A stretch of 42,686 bases of DNA from a virus (taxonomy: Duplodnaviria; Caudoviricetes): the IMG/VR virus record IMGVR_UViG_3300043443_000105, positions 1-42,686 of that record. One strand, written 5' to 3'. Of the stretch, positions 1-10,234 are shown piece after piece. The notes below the pieces were generated by a model, which ran no database searches, was not told the DNA's origin, and worked only from the letters and a program-made list of their open reading frames with translations. Both the position numbers and the translations under genes were made by a program. Each line of letters starts with the position of its first letter. Positions within the stretch are counted from its first letter, which is position 1.

Positions 1-366
1 TGTAATACCAGCCATGAGACGACCCATTAAGTTCTTTTCTTCGTCTTCGTCTTCCTCAAGATCTAATTCGCCACCATCAGCAAATGCAACAATGCCACCA
101 CCTGCATAGCCTTCTTCGGGTAGATTGGATTGAAGTTTCTCTAAACCAGACATAACGTCTGCTTCTTCCATAACTTGACGAGCAATCGGAGGCTGGGCTT
201 GAGTCTGAGCTACCATTGCTTTAGCAGCTTGGTCAGCTCTCATTTTTTCTTGGATAAGCGGAACGCCTACATAGGCTGGGATTGTTCCATTCTTAACGGC
301 TTGGTTTAATTGCGGAATAGATAACTTCTCGGCATCCGCCATCCGACTCATTAAGCTACCAATCAT
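1..366 (-). CDS. putative internal virion/ejection protein (runs off the left edge of the window)
   Basis: Hand-translated open frame from ATG at 366 (MIGSLMSRMADAEKLSIPQL...GYAGGGIVAFADGGELDLEEDEDEE...). It follows the gp7-like gene in a P22-type ejection gene order. Confidence 0.6.
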   Translation of the reverse strand, partial: MIGSLMSRMADAEKLSIPQLNQAVKNGTIPAYVGVPLIQEKMRADQAAKAMVAQTQAQPPIARQVMEEADVMSGLEKLQSNLPEEGYAGGGIVAFADGGELDLEEDEDEEKNLMGRLMAGIT

Positions 367-367
367 A

Positions 368-1552
368 TTAACCTGCCTTACTCATAACATTGTAGAGACC
401 TAGCTCAGCCAAACCATCAGAAGCTTTGACCTTACCGCCCTTGTTAAATATTCCTGCTGCACGTCCTAACCCATACGCACCCACACCAGCCGTACCTAAA
501 CCAGCAATCTGTGAAACAGCGCTTGGAGCTGCCTGATACTGTTGGGTTGTAGCTTGTTGAAGTGGAAGACCTCGCAACAAACTGCTCATCATGGACAACT
601 GCATCTGTGGATGTTGTTGTTGCAAAGCATAATTCTGAATAGCTTGATTGACTCGTTGCTGCTCAAGGGCTTGTTGCTGCGCACCAGCTTGAGTTTGTAG
701 TCCAATAATGCCTTGCTGTGCCTGTAATTGTGCGCCACCAATATCAGCTAAAGCTTTACCAGCACTCGTTAATTGACCAGTGCCTTGCAATGCTGTGCCA
801 TAGCCTTGAAGACCTAAATTAGCCCCAAACTGCTGAGCTTGCTGCCCAGCTTCAAATGCCTTTTGTGTGCCTTGAGCTTGGATTTGTCCCAGTTGGGTTT
901 GAAGATTACGGCGGGCTTCAGCCGCTTCAATGGCTTGACGGCTACCACCAAATGCACCTTGACGAGAAGCTTGTGCCTGCATGCCAGGTAACGTCTTCAT
1001 ATAATCTCGAACGGCTTCTTGCTTTTGAACGTCAACCGCATTTTGCATATAGGGTGACATAAACGCTTGTTGAGCAAATGGGTTTGTAGCCATCCCGTAA
1101 TAACCCTGCCCAATTCCTGCAGCTTGTTGAGCTATATTTGCAGCACCCATACCGCCAGCACCAGCGTACATAGATCCAATCCCATATTGCCCAGGAACCT
1201 GCATTCCAGCAACTTGTCTAAAAGCTTGCTCTTGCATTGGAGAAAACCCAGCCACTGCGGCTTGAGCTTGTTGTTGTGCAGTATTAGTAATATTTCCCGC
1301 TGCATCTACCGTTGCACCATAAGGCACATAAGGTTGGAACCCTACAATATTGCCGGAATCGTCATACTTATAAGCCTGCTTTTGTGCAGCGCCCAACATG
1401 GTTTCTACATAAGGCTTGGCGTATTCTGGGAGATTAGTTTGATAGGAAGTAGATTGGGTAGGCTGACTGCCACCACCGCCTGAGCCACCACCAAAAGGAG
1501 TACGTCTTCCTTCCCAGGTCCAACCACTGTGTTTTGATCTTAATATGCTCAT
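368..1552 (-). CDS. DNA ejection (pilot) protein, P22 gp7-like
   Basis: 394 aa, rich in Q/A/G. A 20-aa basic leader precedes GGGSGGGGS, and there is a C-terminal Gly-rich hydrophobic segment. Lies directly after the GNAT-like gene, as in P22 gp14-gp7. Confidence 0.65.
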   Translation of the reverse strand: MSILRSKHSGWTWEGRRTPFGGGSGGGGSQPTQSTSYQTNLPEYAKPYVETMLGAAQKQAYKYDDSGNIVGFQPYVPYGATVDAAGNITNTAQQQAQAAVAGFSPMQEQAFRQVAGMQVPGQYGIGSMYAGAGGMGAANIAQQAAGIGQGYYGMATNPFAQQAFMSPYMQNAVDVQKQEAVRDYMKTLPGMQAQASRQGAFGGSRQAIEAAEARRNLQTQLGQIQAQGTQKAFEAGQQAQQFGANLGLQGYGTALQGTGQLTSAGKALADIGGAQLQAQQGIIGLQTQAGAQQQALEQQRVNQAIQNYALQQQHPQMQLSMMSSLLRGLPLQQATTQQYQAAPSAVSQIAGLGTAGVGAYGLGRAAGIFNKGGKVKASDGLAELGLYNVMSKAG

Positions 1553-1980
1553 AGTTTTACTTCCACTAAAGTAGTGCGTTCTTCAAACCCATACCGCTTC
1601 CACAATCTGGCTATAGCAGGACGAGCCATTCCTTGAATCTTTGTTGCTCCAGCATGTCTTAATATGTTGCTCATTTGTGCAAATGTATCCTGATTAGATA
1701 TTAATTTTCCACCAATAAGCGTTATAAAAGCTACTCTATTCTTAGGGTAATTAGCAAACGATACAGTTGCAGCACCATGTATTTTATTCTCTTCGTCAGT
1801 GGCTACTAACAACGTCCACACCCCAGAAGTCAAAAATCCTTGTACATGTGATATATCGTAATTATCACTCCACTGCGGAACAGGGTCTCCCTTTTCTAAA
1901 GCTTCCTTTAAAAACTCTTCAACAAAAGTCCAAACTTGTGCAACATAATCCGTTCCAACCGGTTGAATCTTTAAATTCAT
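1549..1980 (-). CDS. GNAT-fold acyltransferase-like virion assembly protein (P22 gp14 / T7 gp13-like)
   Basis: 143 aa with a GNAT-like end (ARPAIARLWKRYGFEE), located just upstream of the ejection genes. Confidence 0.6.
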   Translation of the reverse strand: MNLKIQPVGTDYVAQVWTFVEEFLKEALEKGDPVPQWSDNYDISHVQGFLTSGVWTLLVATDEENKIHGAATVSFANYPKNRVAFITLIGGKLISNQDTFAQMSNILRHAGATKIQGMARPAIARLWKRYGFEERTTLVEVKL

Positions 1981-3185
1981 GCAGGCACAAACCTATTAGG
2001 GTTAATCTGCTTACCTTGCTTTTTAGTACCAGTACGAGCCTTACGAACCTTATCCATCATCGAATATAACCGTTTAGCACCAGCATCAGTAGAGCCGTTA
2101 CCGAGATGAGAAACCACATCCGCAGGAACCACAAATTCCCCATCAGCCAAGCGGGCAGGCTGTTTACCAGCGATAACGCCAGGAATAGAGTCAGACATAC
2201 CATCACCGGGACCTTTAAGCATTCTGCCGCCATCGGAGTAGCTTCCTAATGAAGAAATGCCGCCACTAGCGTATTTAGCCCGTTTCATAGCTGCATACAT
2301 GTCTTGTAGGGCATTACCTCGCCCATAGATTTCGTCGTATTCTTTAAGCCCATAACCTTGAGCCTTAGCAGATTCAAGTATCTCAGCAATACCACCACCA
2401 GCCATTAGCATGGGGTTAGACCGCTCATAGCCAGGGGTGTCCATAACCATTTCAGAACTTACTGGACGCTGGATTGGGCTAGCATACTGGGTTTTATCAA
2501 TCATACCTTGGGGGTACAAGCCACCTTGGGGGTTCATTGCTGTATTAGCCATAGACATACGCTCTACAGGACCACCAGCTTGATACGCTTTCATAATACC
2601 GCCCTCGGCAGCATAGGATTTATACCCCGGTTGATACACACCTTCAGGAGCATAGGTAGGCTCAGACCGTCTAAATTTAGAAGCGTCAAAACTACTTACG
2701 TATTCTTCTTTACCAGGAACTCCAAAGCCTTTTCGCTCGTTATCCATCAAACCTGAAAGAGCAGCTCCACCACCAATAAGACCTAGTTGGGTATTACTTA
2801 AAGGTGAGAAACCAAGTACATTTGGTGAAATCGGCTTAATCCCTTCAAAAGCTTGACTAAAAGATTGCCCGTATTGATTAGCAGCTTCTAGAGGGATTGC
2901 GCCTGAAGAAACACCCTGACTTACAGCTTGTGGGCTCATTGTGCTAATACTAGCTAAACTAGGGTCTATTGCGGCATTTAAAGAGCTTGTACCAGCTATG
3001 GAGCCAGCTTCAGTTGCTCCAGCCAAAGCCGTTGGGTCGAATCCAGGGGCAGCAAAAGCACCCCCAATAGCACCCGTAGCTGCACCCATCATAGCGCCTT
3101 TTAAAGGATCGCCACCTGTAAGAGCAGAAGAGCCACCGCCAACAGCAGCTCCAATTAACATTGCCTCGCCTACACCGGTTCCCAT
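1977..3185 (-). CDS. internal virion protein with C-terminal tape-measure-type 'GG..GPGDGMSDSIP..GEFVV' domain and multiple [YM]xxGG motifs
   Basis: Start moved to ATG 3185 because of a GAGG RBS. Gly/Ala-rich hydrophobic N-terminus; C-terminal YSDGGRMLKGPGDGMSDSIPGVIAGKQPARLADGEFVVPA. Confidence 0.55.
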   Translation of the reverse strand: MGTGVGEAMLIGAAVGGGSSALTGGDPLKGAMMGAATGAIGGAFAAPGFDPTALAGATEAGSIAGTSSLNAAIDPSLASISTMSPQAVSQGVSSGAIPLEAANQYGQSFSQAFEGIKPISPNVLGFSPLSNTQLGLIGGGAALSGLMDNERKGFGVPGKEEYVSSFDASKFRRSEPTYAPEGVYQPGYKSYAAEGGIMKAYQAGGPVERMSMANTAMNPQGGLYPQGMIDKTQYASPIQRPVSSEMVMDTPGYERSNPMLMAGGGIAEILESAKAQGYGLKEYDEIYGRGNALQDMYAAMKRAKYASGGISSLGSYSDGGRMLKGPGDGMSDSIPGVIAGKQPARLADGEFVVPADVVSHLGNGSTDAGAKRLYSMMDKVRKARTGTKKQGKQINPNRFVPA

Positions 3186-3222
3186 AAGATATACCTCGCC
3201 TAATTTAAACAGTACTTTATCA

Positions 3223-4092
3223 TTAATATAGCGCCGAAACAAACGTTACCGTCAAGATTAATGACGGGGAAATAGGGTGAACTGGGCTTGTGCCAGCGGG
3301 GTAAGTTGCCAATACGGTGTTACCAGAATCAGAATGCCAGTAAAGCTCAAAATAATCACCAGCAGCAAAAGAGTCTACATAGTTCCAAGCAGTAATACCA
3401 GCTCCTGGACTAGTTCCGTGTTTAGCATTTACTTGCTGAACACCAGCGCTATAAGGTACATCTACCCCATTTTTTCTAAACCAAACAGTTACGTTATCTT
3501 CTGAAGTTGTGTAGTTTAAAAGCTGAGCGCTAAACTGAATATCGTATACACCAGCGCTATTAAAATAAACCTTTGAGTCTGGCGTGGTGCAAGTAATGCC
3601 ATTTGAAATTGTAACTGTGTCTATTATCATAGCTGCCGCAGTTCCTACCGTTGTTCCCGCTGCCTCGGTAATTGCTACGCCTGCTGTATGGGCTACGTTA
3701 GTTGTGCTTTTAACACCACGAGTTATGCCTGTAAATGTCGTGCTGGTTTTGCCTGTGTATTGAATAAGCTCACTTCCAATTAAAAGAAATCCAGACGATT
3801 GAAAATTCGCCGTAGAAGTAACTTGAATTGGTGTGGTAGATACGTTGGTCATATTTGCCGTAAGCGTTGTATTACCGTTTTGGTAGGCAGAAAAATACGG
3901 AAACTGTAGAAGCCCACCACCATTAGGTGATAGCAAGGATGCCAGCCCGTTATCAATCTGGTTAAAGTACAACCGCAAGGCATTTAAAAGCTGATCTTGG
4001 TATAGCTGGCGGTACTCTACGGGCGCAATCGGTAAGTTAGGCGCCTTTGGCGGTCTAAGATCTAAGGTCTTAATCTGGGGGTTAACTGCCAT
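3223..4092 (-). CDS. tail needle/plug-like protein with C-terminal C1q/TNF-like knob
   Basis: N-terminal helical segment, an inserted beta domain, and a C1q-like end (AGVYDIQFSAQL...WFRKNG...GDYFELYW). Follows the nozzle gene, like P22 gp26. Confidence 0.5.
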   Translation of the reverse strand: MAVNPQIKTLDLRPPKAPNLPIAPVEYRQLYQDQLLNALRLYFNQIDNGLASLLSPNGGGLLQFPYFSAYQNGNTTLTANMTNVSTTPIQVTSTANFQSSGFLLIGSELIQYTGKTSTTFTGITRGVKSTTNVAHTAGVAITEAAGTTVGTAAAMIIDTVTISNGITCTTPDSKVYFNSAGVYDIQFSAQLLNYTTSEDNVTVWFRKNGVDVPYSAGVQQVNAKHGTSPGAGITAWNYVDSFAAGDYFELYWHSDSGNTVLATYPAGTSPVHPISPSLILTVTFVSALY

Positions 4093-6296
4093 TACCTACG
4101 TCCGTCGTTGCGAATATCAATCCGTGGGCTACCTAACTGCCATGCCACACCTAACGAGTCAGACTCAATCCTAAAGGCAAGCTGGCGCCCTCTTAGGCGG
4201 GTATAGACCTGTCCAGTAAACTCTTGGACGTTATAGACCGGGGCAGTAGAAAAGTTATCCCCACTAATTACTTCTGGGTTATCTGCCGTACCATAAGGCG
4301 CTCCAGAGTTTTGACGGGGTTTAACCCTCATCGTGACGTATGGGTTGTTGACGTTAGAGCCGTTAAAGTTAATATCAGGCAGGATACGCCAGACAAAGCC
4401 AAAGTTATGCCCATCTCCAATATCAAAGTCAGAAGACTGTATATAAGCATTAATTGGCACGGGGGATGTGCCTGATACGTCATCTACCGCAGACTCATGG
4501 AACAGCATTCTATTGTTGTAGTCAGCAGCCATTGGATACTGACGTAAGCCAGAGTCTAGCCAAGCCGTGCGACCCATTGTGCCGTAGTACCAAGTGCGCT
4601 CTAAGTAGTTGTAAATGATGTACTTATTTATGACATTGCTTCCTTGTGAGCAGTAAAACCACCATACTTCGTTATAGCTTTCGTTACCCCCACAGAATAC
4701 TTGGAAGGCTTGTTCTTTATTAATATCCTCAAAGGTGTACTGCCAGAGCGAACAAGGTAGGGTCTCAACACGACCTGAATACATGTAAAACTTATCAACC
4801 CCCATCCAATACGTTACGTTATTAACCGTAATCATAGCGTTTGGCGACATAATTGAAATGTTGTCCATAAGGATCTGGAACCCCCAAACATAAGGAGGTC
4901 CTAGGTATTGCATGGAATAAATAGCAGCATCTGTCCATACCAAAATCTCTTGGCGGGTAGCACGAGCGCCCATAATAAATGAGCCGTTAGACAGCCTAAA
5001 TTCACCTGATTGATTTGTTACTGCTGGCACCCATTCATAGGGGTTTTCTTGGTCAGACCAACGCACCAGCATTGGGTCAAAGGTTGTAGCTGCTGTTGTT
5101 GGATCATATGGGTTAGCGCCCATGCAAATAATAAAACGTTGGATTGCTGAAGCTAAAACTTGAAAAGTAGCGGTTGGAACCCTTGTACCATCATATCCAG
5201 CAGCGGTAGACTGAGTAGAAAGAAGCTGTGATCTTACAGTTAAACCACCAGCTATGTTACTAGGATAAGTGCTTCCGGCTGGAATCCAATAGTAAACTGC
5301 GCCACCACGAGGAGCTATAAATAGCTGCTGCCCATAGTTATCATTAGTCCAAAGCCGTAACTGCTGACCAATGCCTGATGTAAATGCTTCGCCCCAACCA
5401 TGAGTGCCCGATTCGGTATAGGCAATAACGTTACCGCCGCCAGTTGTTGTAGAGGTGGCATTAGCCTGAACTGTGATGGTATATGCGTTGGCATTAGCGA
5501 CTGTGGGGTAAAACAATGTATTTAGAAGAACAGCTGAAACACCACCCGTTGCCGTAGCATTAGCAAAAATAACTGCCTGTCCATTAGACAAACCATGGGC
5601 TGTCTGAGTTACTACAACAGAATTACTGCCGTTAGTTGTGGCAAAAGGGTTAGTTAAGTTAGTTGTTACCCCTGTAACAGGCCAAGGACCAGCGCCCCAT
5701 CCAGTACCTAAAGTGTATGTATTTAGACCAATAGGTTGTTGATAAGAGGCTATAACTGTATTGCCGCCCCCCGTAGCGTTAGCGTTTGCTGTAGTTGATA
5801 CTGTTATTCTATAAGCTACTGTATTAACTGTAGACGCCACTACATATTCTTGATTAAGAATAGTATTTGTTATGTTGGTTCCCGTTACGGTATTAGCACC
5901 CGAAAAGGTTACATAATCGCCAATGCTTGGGCTGTATTGTCCATCTATTACGGTTACTAAATTTGACCCGCTAGTAACTACAAAACAATTATCTAACGCT
6001 GGGCTTGAAAAGTACACAACGGGAGTAACGTCGTTATAAGTGCCACCCTGCTCAATGTAGTACTTAATGTTTGTACCAACACCTAAATAGTTAGAACCTG
6101 CTAACGAAACCCAATTCCATAATGCCCTTGCTAACCCCAAGAACTGAGCATTAGCCATGCGGCTCCAACCACCAATTTTTTCAGGAAAGCCTGAACGGAA
6201 ACGCACTTTGTCGGCATCGTACCAACCACCTTCGTTAGAGTAATCTGTGCCTTCTCGGTTAAGACCTGGGCGGAACTGTAATTTTTGTAATGGCAT
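4092..6296 (-). CDS. tail nozzle / tail tubular protein B (P22 gp10-like)
   Basis: 734 aa with beta-propeller-like motifs (VRWSDQEN, ILVWTD, NEVWWFYCS, YNYLERTWYYG). Size and position fit. Confidence 0.7.
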   Translation of the reverse strand: MPLQKLQFRPGLNREGTDYSNEGGWYDADKVRFRSGFPEKIGGWSRMANAQFLGLARALWNWVSLAGSNYLGVGTNIKYYIEQGGTYNDVTPVVYFSSPALDNCFVVTSGSNLVTVIDGQYSPSIGDYVTFSGANTVTGTNITNTILNQEYVVASTVNTVAYRITVSTTANANATGGGNTVIASYQQPIGLNTYTLGTGWGAGPWPVTGVTTNLTNPFATTNGSNSVVVTQTAHGLSNGQAVIFANATATGGVSAVLLNTLFYPTVANANAYTITVQANATSTTTGGGNVIAYTESGTHGWGEAFTSGIGQQLRLWTNDNYGQQLFIAPRGGAVYYWIPAGSTYPSNIAGGLTVRSQLLSTQSTAAGYDGTRVPTATFQVLASAIQRFIICMGANPYDPTTAATTFDPMLVRWSDQENPYEWVPAVTNQSGEFRLSNGSFIMGARATRQEILVWTDAAIYSMQYLGPPYVWGFQILMDNISIMSPNAMITVNNVTYWMGVDKFYMYSGRVETLPCSLWQYTFEDINKEQAFQVFCGGNESYNEVWWFYCSQGSNVINKYIIYNYLERTWYYGTMGRTAWLDSGLRQYPMAADYNNRMLFHESAVDDVSGTSPVPINAYIQSSDFDIGDGHNFGFVWRILPDINFNGSNVNNPYVTMRVKPRQNSGAPYGTADNPEVISGDNFSTAPVYNVQEFTGQVYTRLRGRQLAFRIESDSLGVAWQLGSPRIDIRNDGRR

Positions 6297-6307
6297 ACGG
6301 GTTTACC

Positions 6308-6784
6308 CTAAGATAAAAATAACGCTCGTTCGTCGTTTCTACGAGTTACCAAGCCTTTTAGTACTTTACCGCCAGCGAGCGTATATTTCAAGAACTCTTC
6401 TGCCGCTTCTGCCATATCGCCACGAATAACCTTCTGACGGAGGGTGCTGCGCTGTAGTGTTCCCAGACCAACATTAAAGCTAAAAGATACAAGAGCATCG
6501 AATTGACCTTGAGTGAGCTTGACAGGACAGAAGCGTTCAACACCTCGCTCAAAGCGATTAAGATCGTCTCGAAGAATGTCATCTACTTCCTCCATAGAAA
6601 AGGTACGGTCATCCTTGTACTCTAGTGGGTAGGCATCCCGCTCATCTATTTTTAACGCACCTTGCCGTGGGTAGAGTACATGCCCGACACCAATCGTCCA
6701 CAATTTTGCGGGACAGCGATATGGACGCTGACGAACGCCCTCATGGTGCTTAATCATTTTGATGGCTTTATCGCTTACTTTCAC
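6308..6784 (-). CDS. endolysin, GH24 phage lysozyme
   Basis: HEGVRQRPYRCPAKLWTIGVGH (E-x8-C-x5-T catalytic motif), QGQFDALVSFSFNVG and GLVTRRNDE. Confidence 0.92.
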   Translation of the reverse strand: MKVSDKAIKMIKHHEGVRQRPYRCPAKLWTIGVGHVLYPRQGALKIDERDAYPLEYKDDRTFSMEEVDDILRDDLNRFERGVERFCPVKLTQGQFDALVSFSFNVGLGTLQRSTLRQKVIRGDMAEAAEEFLKYTLAGGKVLKGLVTRRNDERALFLS

Positions 6785-7263
6785 TTCTTAAATGCCTGTG
6801 TGCCAAACCAGAAAGAAACAATGCTTGCCCAAATGATCTGGGTCTCGTCATCCCATAGAAGGTTTAACGCCACGTCAAATGGCACTTCCCGATGAAAGGC
6901 AAACCAGAACCCAAACAGCTCTACAAACATAAACATAATGAACATACCGTAGGTAATGGCTGGTCTAACCATAGCTCTAGAGTTAGTAACCCACTGAGAA
7001 GCACCCTTGCCAATCTCGATGTCGTGAGCATACAAAGACGTCCTTTCTTGAGCTTGGGTCTGCATCTCAATCTGTTGGGTCTTAATCTCTTCTACATGGG
7101 CTTGGGCTGCAAAGCCACGCTCTGCCATTTGGAGTTCCCGTTCGGTCTGCAAACGAGCCATTTCCATCTCGTGCTTCTTGTCGGACTTATCTTGAAAAAA
7201 CCCTAATAGGCTGGGTAATCCACCTGACAGGAACGATATAAGGGTAGTAAATAGGGTAATCAT
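6781..7263 (-). CDS. putative holin (membrane protein)
   Basis: Hydrophobic N-terminus, coiled coil and two C-terminal TM segments (VRPAITY..., IIWASIVSFWFG). Overlaps the endolysin start. Confidence 0.6.
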   Translation of the reverse strand: MITLFTTLISFLSGGLPSLLGFFQDKSDKKHEMEMARLQTERELQMAERGFAAQAHVEEIKTQQIEMQTQAQERTSLYAHDIEIGKGASQWVTNSRAMVRPAITYGMFIMFMFVELFGFWFAFHREVPFDVALNLLWDDETQIIWASIVSFWFGTQAFKK

Positions 7264-7520
7264 TTTTTAGCTCTTTCTTCTAAGAGTTTGACCCGCACAT
7301 GGAGGTCTTGAATATCTTTGTGTAGCTCGGCTTTTAGGGTATGACGCTTTTCTGCGGATATTGGGCTGTCTGTTGGTACGCCTTCGTTAGTAATTAAGGC
7401 TGGCATCTTGCCCTCAATCTTAGTAAGACGCTCTTGGAATGAAGAAACCTGACCGAGTAGCCACGCTATACAGGCTACCAAAATCGGTATCACCGCCTTC
7501 ATAATATCTTGCATATTCAT
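7260..7520 (-). CDS. small membrane-anchored coiled-coil protein (lysis module)
   Basis: 86 aa with an N-terminal TM segment followed by a coiled coil. Confidence 0.55.
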   Translation of the reverse strand: MNMQDIMKAVIPILVACIAWLLGQVSSFQERLTKIEGKMPALITNEGVPTDSPISAEKRHTLKAELHKDIQDLHVRVKLLEERAKK

Positions 7521-7969
7521 TTTTTAGCCCCCCATACCATGTAATAAGCAATCCAGCCTGCTGCCATAAAGCACCAGAACTGCACCCATTTAACTTTTGA
7601 CAGCTCTGCGTCAAAGTACTTCTTGTCTTCCTTTTCAAGCCGTTCAATCTCGGTCTTGATGTCTAGCACCTTTTGCCACTCTTTGGTGCCGTGCTGCTTT
7701 ATAAACTCCACCCTTAATTTGTACTCTTCATCGCTAATTTTTTTGCGGTGTTTGTACTCTTCAAGGGCTTTAAATATTGCCCGTTCTTTCTTTAACTCTG
7801 CTTCTCTACGCTCACGAATCTTGGCATTTGCTTGCTGCCTTGCAACATCTACCGCTTCTTTTTGAACATCCTCGATGTTCTTGCCAATCTCTCGCCCAGC
7901 CTCACGCCCAGTCTTTATCCCTTCGCTAATACCCTTGGCACCAGCCGATAACCCCAGTTCGTCTGACAT
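7517..7969 (-). CDS. coiled-coil protein with C-terminal TM helix
   Basis: 150 aa, charged and helical, with a hydrophobic C-terminus. Its stop overlaps the next start. Confidence 0.6.
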   Translation of the reverse strand: MSDELGLSAGAKGISEGIKTGREAGREIGKNIEDVQKEAVDVARQQANAKIRERREAELKKERAIFKALEEYKHRKKISDEEYKLRVEFIKQHGTKEWQKVLDIKTEIERLEKEDKKYFDAELSKVKWVQFWCFMAAGWIAYYMVWGAKK

Positions 7970-7987
7970 ATCTCACTGTTCTTTGCC

Positions 7988-8197
7988 TCAGAGTGTTGAC
8001 CCACCAAATGACATATTGGCTACCACAATAGCTACGTGTTGCTCTGGATCTTCAAGTGAATCTCCGCAGTCGTTGCACTTTTTAGCAGCAAGCTCGTCTT
8101 CATCTACATCACGACCACAGTTAGGGCAATAAATTTCAATGGTATGGCGTGGCTTAAACTCACCGTCACTTAACTCGTCTTGAATGGTCTTAATCAT
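7988..8197 (-). CDS. small zinc-ribbon protein
   Basis: CPNC...CNDC; 69 aa. Confidence 0.6.
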   Translation of the reverse strand: MIKTIQDELSDGEFKPRHTIEIYCPNCGRDVDEDELAAKKCNDCGDSLEDPEQHVAIVVANMSFGGSTL

Positions 8198-8757
8198 GCT
8201 AACTCCGTTTCTTTAAACTCATATTCACACCAATATTCTTTAGGGATATATGCACCAAACATGTACATGATTCTAGGTGTTTTGCCTTTGGCTGTTGTTA
8301 CAAAATGCGGTAGTTCTGAAGCCATATAACAATGTAAATCACCCGCTTCTATATCAATTTTCTTACCCTCAACATAAAGTTCTGCCCCATCTTCATTAGT
8401 TTGGGTCAATATATTGCACCGATAAGCAGGGAGTCCTTCAGTGCTTTTGGGATCTTTATGAATAGGAACATTACCATTTTGATAAGTAATAGACACCACA
8501 ACGCCATCTGAACCATGGTCGTAAATTAATGGGAACTTATCTACACCAACAAACTCACGAACTTTTTTTGACACGTCCAATACTTCTTGTGTATATGTTT
8601 TGTTTTCCATATAAAGACGAGTGGTTAAACGGTTGTCAATAAAAGTACCGTGACTTAAGCCAAAACCAAACCAATTATTGGTATTAGCTAAAGCTATATT
8701 ACTAAGCATCTGGCATTCGTCATTAGATAAAAAGTTTTTATACACTTTTATGTTCAT
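8194..8757 (-). CDS. 2OG-Fe(II) oxygenase (prolyl 4-hydroxylase-like)
   Basis: NFLSNDEC N-terminal motif, HKD (HxD), distal H (LPHFV) and a 2OG-binding R. Confidence 0.75.
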   Translation of the reverse strand: MNIKVYKNFLSNDECQMLSNIALANTNNWFGFGLSHGTFIDNRLTTRLYMENKTYTQEVLDVSKKVREFVGVDKFPLIYDHGSDGVVVSITYQNGNVPIHKDPKSTEGLPAYRCNILTQTNEDGAELYVEGKKIDIEAGDLHCYMASELPHFVTTAKGKTPRIMYMFGAYIPKEYWCEYEFKETELA

Positions 8758-9185
8758 TAATTTTGTGGTGTTATATCAACAACAGGGATAGGATCAACCG
8801 ATGGAACAAATACGGGTGCTAAAACCCAATTTACTGTTAGCTCATCCCAAATATAAATTCTGCCGTCTGTTGGATATGGCACAGGTGCTTGCCATTGACA
8901 AGTATTTTCGTTTAACAACCAACTTTGATGGGGCTTGGGTGGTATAAATGCATCTCGCTGTATATCGTATGAATAGCCTATACCCGCATAATTTTTACGT
9001 AGTGCCTTACTTTGATCTGCGCTAGGAGTATTAGAGTCGGGCATATAGTGAACTCCATTACGAGTGTTATAGCTTGTCTGAACCCAAGAGGCGGAGTCCC
9101 CAAACAAACCAGAATTAATTACATCTTGTTCGGCAACAATAACTTGAGTTACTACACCGTTTTCAACTTTAGCAAAATGTGACAT
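8757..9185 (-). CDS. tail-fibre-associated protein (assembly/chaperone-like)
   Basis: MSHFAKVENGVVTQVIVA...RKNYAGIGYSYD...DAFIPPKP...WDE. This type of protein typically follows Gly-rich adhesin genes. TAATG overlap with the upstream gene. Confidence 0.6.
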   Translation of the reverse strand: MSHFAKVENGVVTQVIVAEQDVINSGLFGDSASWVQTSYNTRNGVHYMPDSNTPSADQSKALRKNYAGIGYSYDIQRDAFIPPKPHQSWLLNENTCQWQAPVPYPTDGRIYIWDELTVNWVLAPVFVPSVDPIPVVDITPQN

Positions 9186-10225
9186 TACGCACCCCACCTA
9201 ATAGAACCAGAACCAGTAAATATATAAATTTTATTACCACCTGTATTTGTAAAAGTATAAGTACCCGTTACTGTGGTTGCATCACCAGCAGTATTTGAAT
9301 AACTAACAATTACAATACCTGACCCTCCTGGAGCACCGGGGAAAGAACCGTTAGCACTACCACCCCCACCACCACCTAAGTTAGTACCACCCGATGAGCC
9401 TGGTGCGTTCAAGCCTCCATTACCACCACCGCCACCGCCGCCACCGCCACCAGAAGCAGGATAGAAAGGAGTTTTCCCACCACCAATATCAGCAGCGCCA
9501 CCGCCACCGCCACCTGCATACGTTACGGAACTACCCGATATAGATGAAGAACTTCCACCCCCACCACCACCCGCTGAAGCAGGGCTAGAGGCATTACCTT
9601 GACCACCACCGCCCCCTTTTCCACCACCACCTCCAGCCCCAGAACCCCCATCAAAAGCGTTGCCCCCTGGATTACCTTGACCAGGAATGCCAGAGCCGCC
9701 ACTAATACCTGGCCATGCAGCGCCACCGCCACCACTTCCACCAGAGGGTGTGGATTGAGCCTTGCCACCGCCTCCACCACCTCCTGTTGATGTGATACTA
9801 GAAAATACAGAAGAACCACCAGAACTACCAGGAGGCGGAAAACCACCACTATTTGGACCGCCTGAACCCCCGCCTCCAACAGTAACGGTATACGTTGTAG
9901 ATCCACTAACAGGAAGCGTACCGGTTTGCATACCACCAGCACCGCCACCGCCTCCACCATAATAGTTATTTGCAGCACCAGCACCGCCACCGCCTCCAGC
10001 AACAACAAGATAGCTAACTGAAGTAGGGGCAATGTAATTAGAAGTTCCGTAAAAATTACTAAACGCAATTTGACCAGAAGAAGGCACTGGACCATTGGTA
10101 CCTGATGTACCCGCAGGGACTAAACCGCCACCAGCATAATATTCAGATATGCTATGCGGAGTTGAGCCACCGAACTCTGTGGCTATTGTATTTAGTGATA
10201 TTGCACCAGATGAAGGAATTGCCAT
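9185..10225 (-). CDS. glycine-rich tail adhesin / receptor-binding protein (polyglycine-II type)
   Basis: N-terminal attachment-like domain (GAISLNTIATEFGG...ISEYY...GQIAFSNFYG), then YLVVAGGGGG...GGSGIVIVSY Gly-rich domain. Confidence 0.65.
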   Translation of the reverse strand: MAIPSSGAISLNTIATEFGGSTPHSISEYYAGGGLVPAGTSGTNGPVPSSGQIAFSNFYGTSNYIAPTSVSYLVVAGGGGGAGAANNYYGGGGGGAGGMQTGTLPVSGSTTYTVTVGGGGSGGPNSGGFPPPGSSGGSSVFSSITSTGGGGGGGKAQSTPSGGSGGGGAAWPGISGGSGIPGQGNPGGNAFDGGSGAGGGGGKGGGGGQGNASSPASAGGGGGGSSSSISGSSVTYAGGGGGGAADIGGGKTPFYPASGGGGGGGGGGNGGLNAPGSSGGTNLGGGGGGSANGSFPGAPGGSGIVIVSYSNTAGDATTVTGTYTFTNTGGNKIYIFTGSGSIRWGA

Positions 10226-10234
10226 AATTTATCC

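Noticed and set aside
9523-10095. 190-aa V/L-rich ORF and poly-Pro ORF (9762-9962)
   Set aside because: Alternative-frame and antisense products of polyglycine codons.
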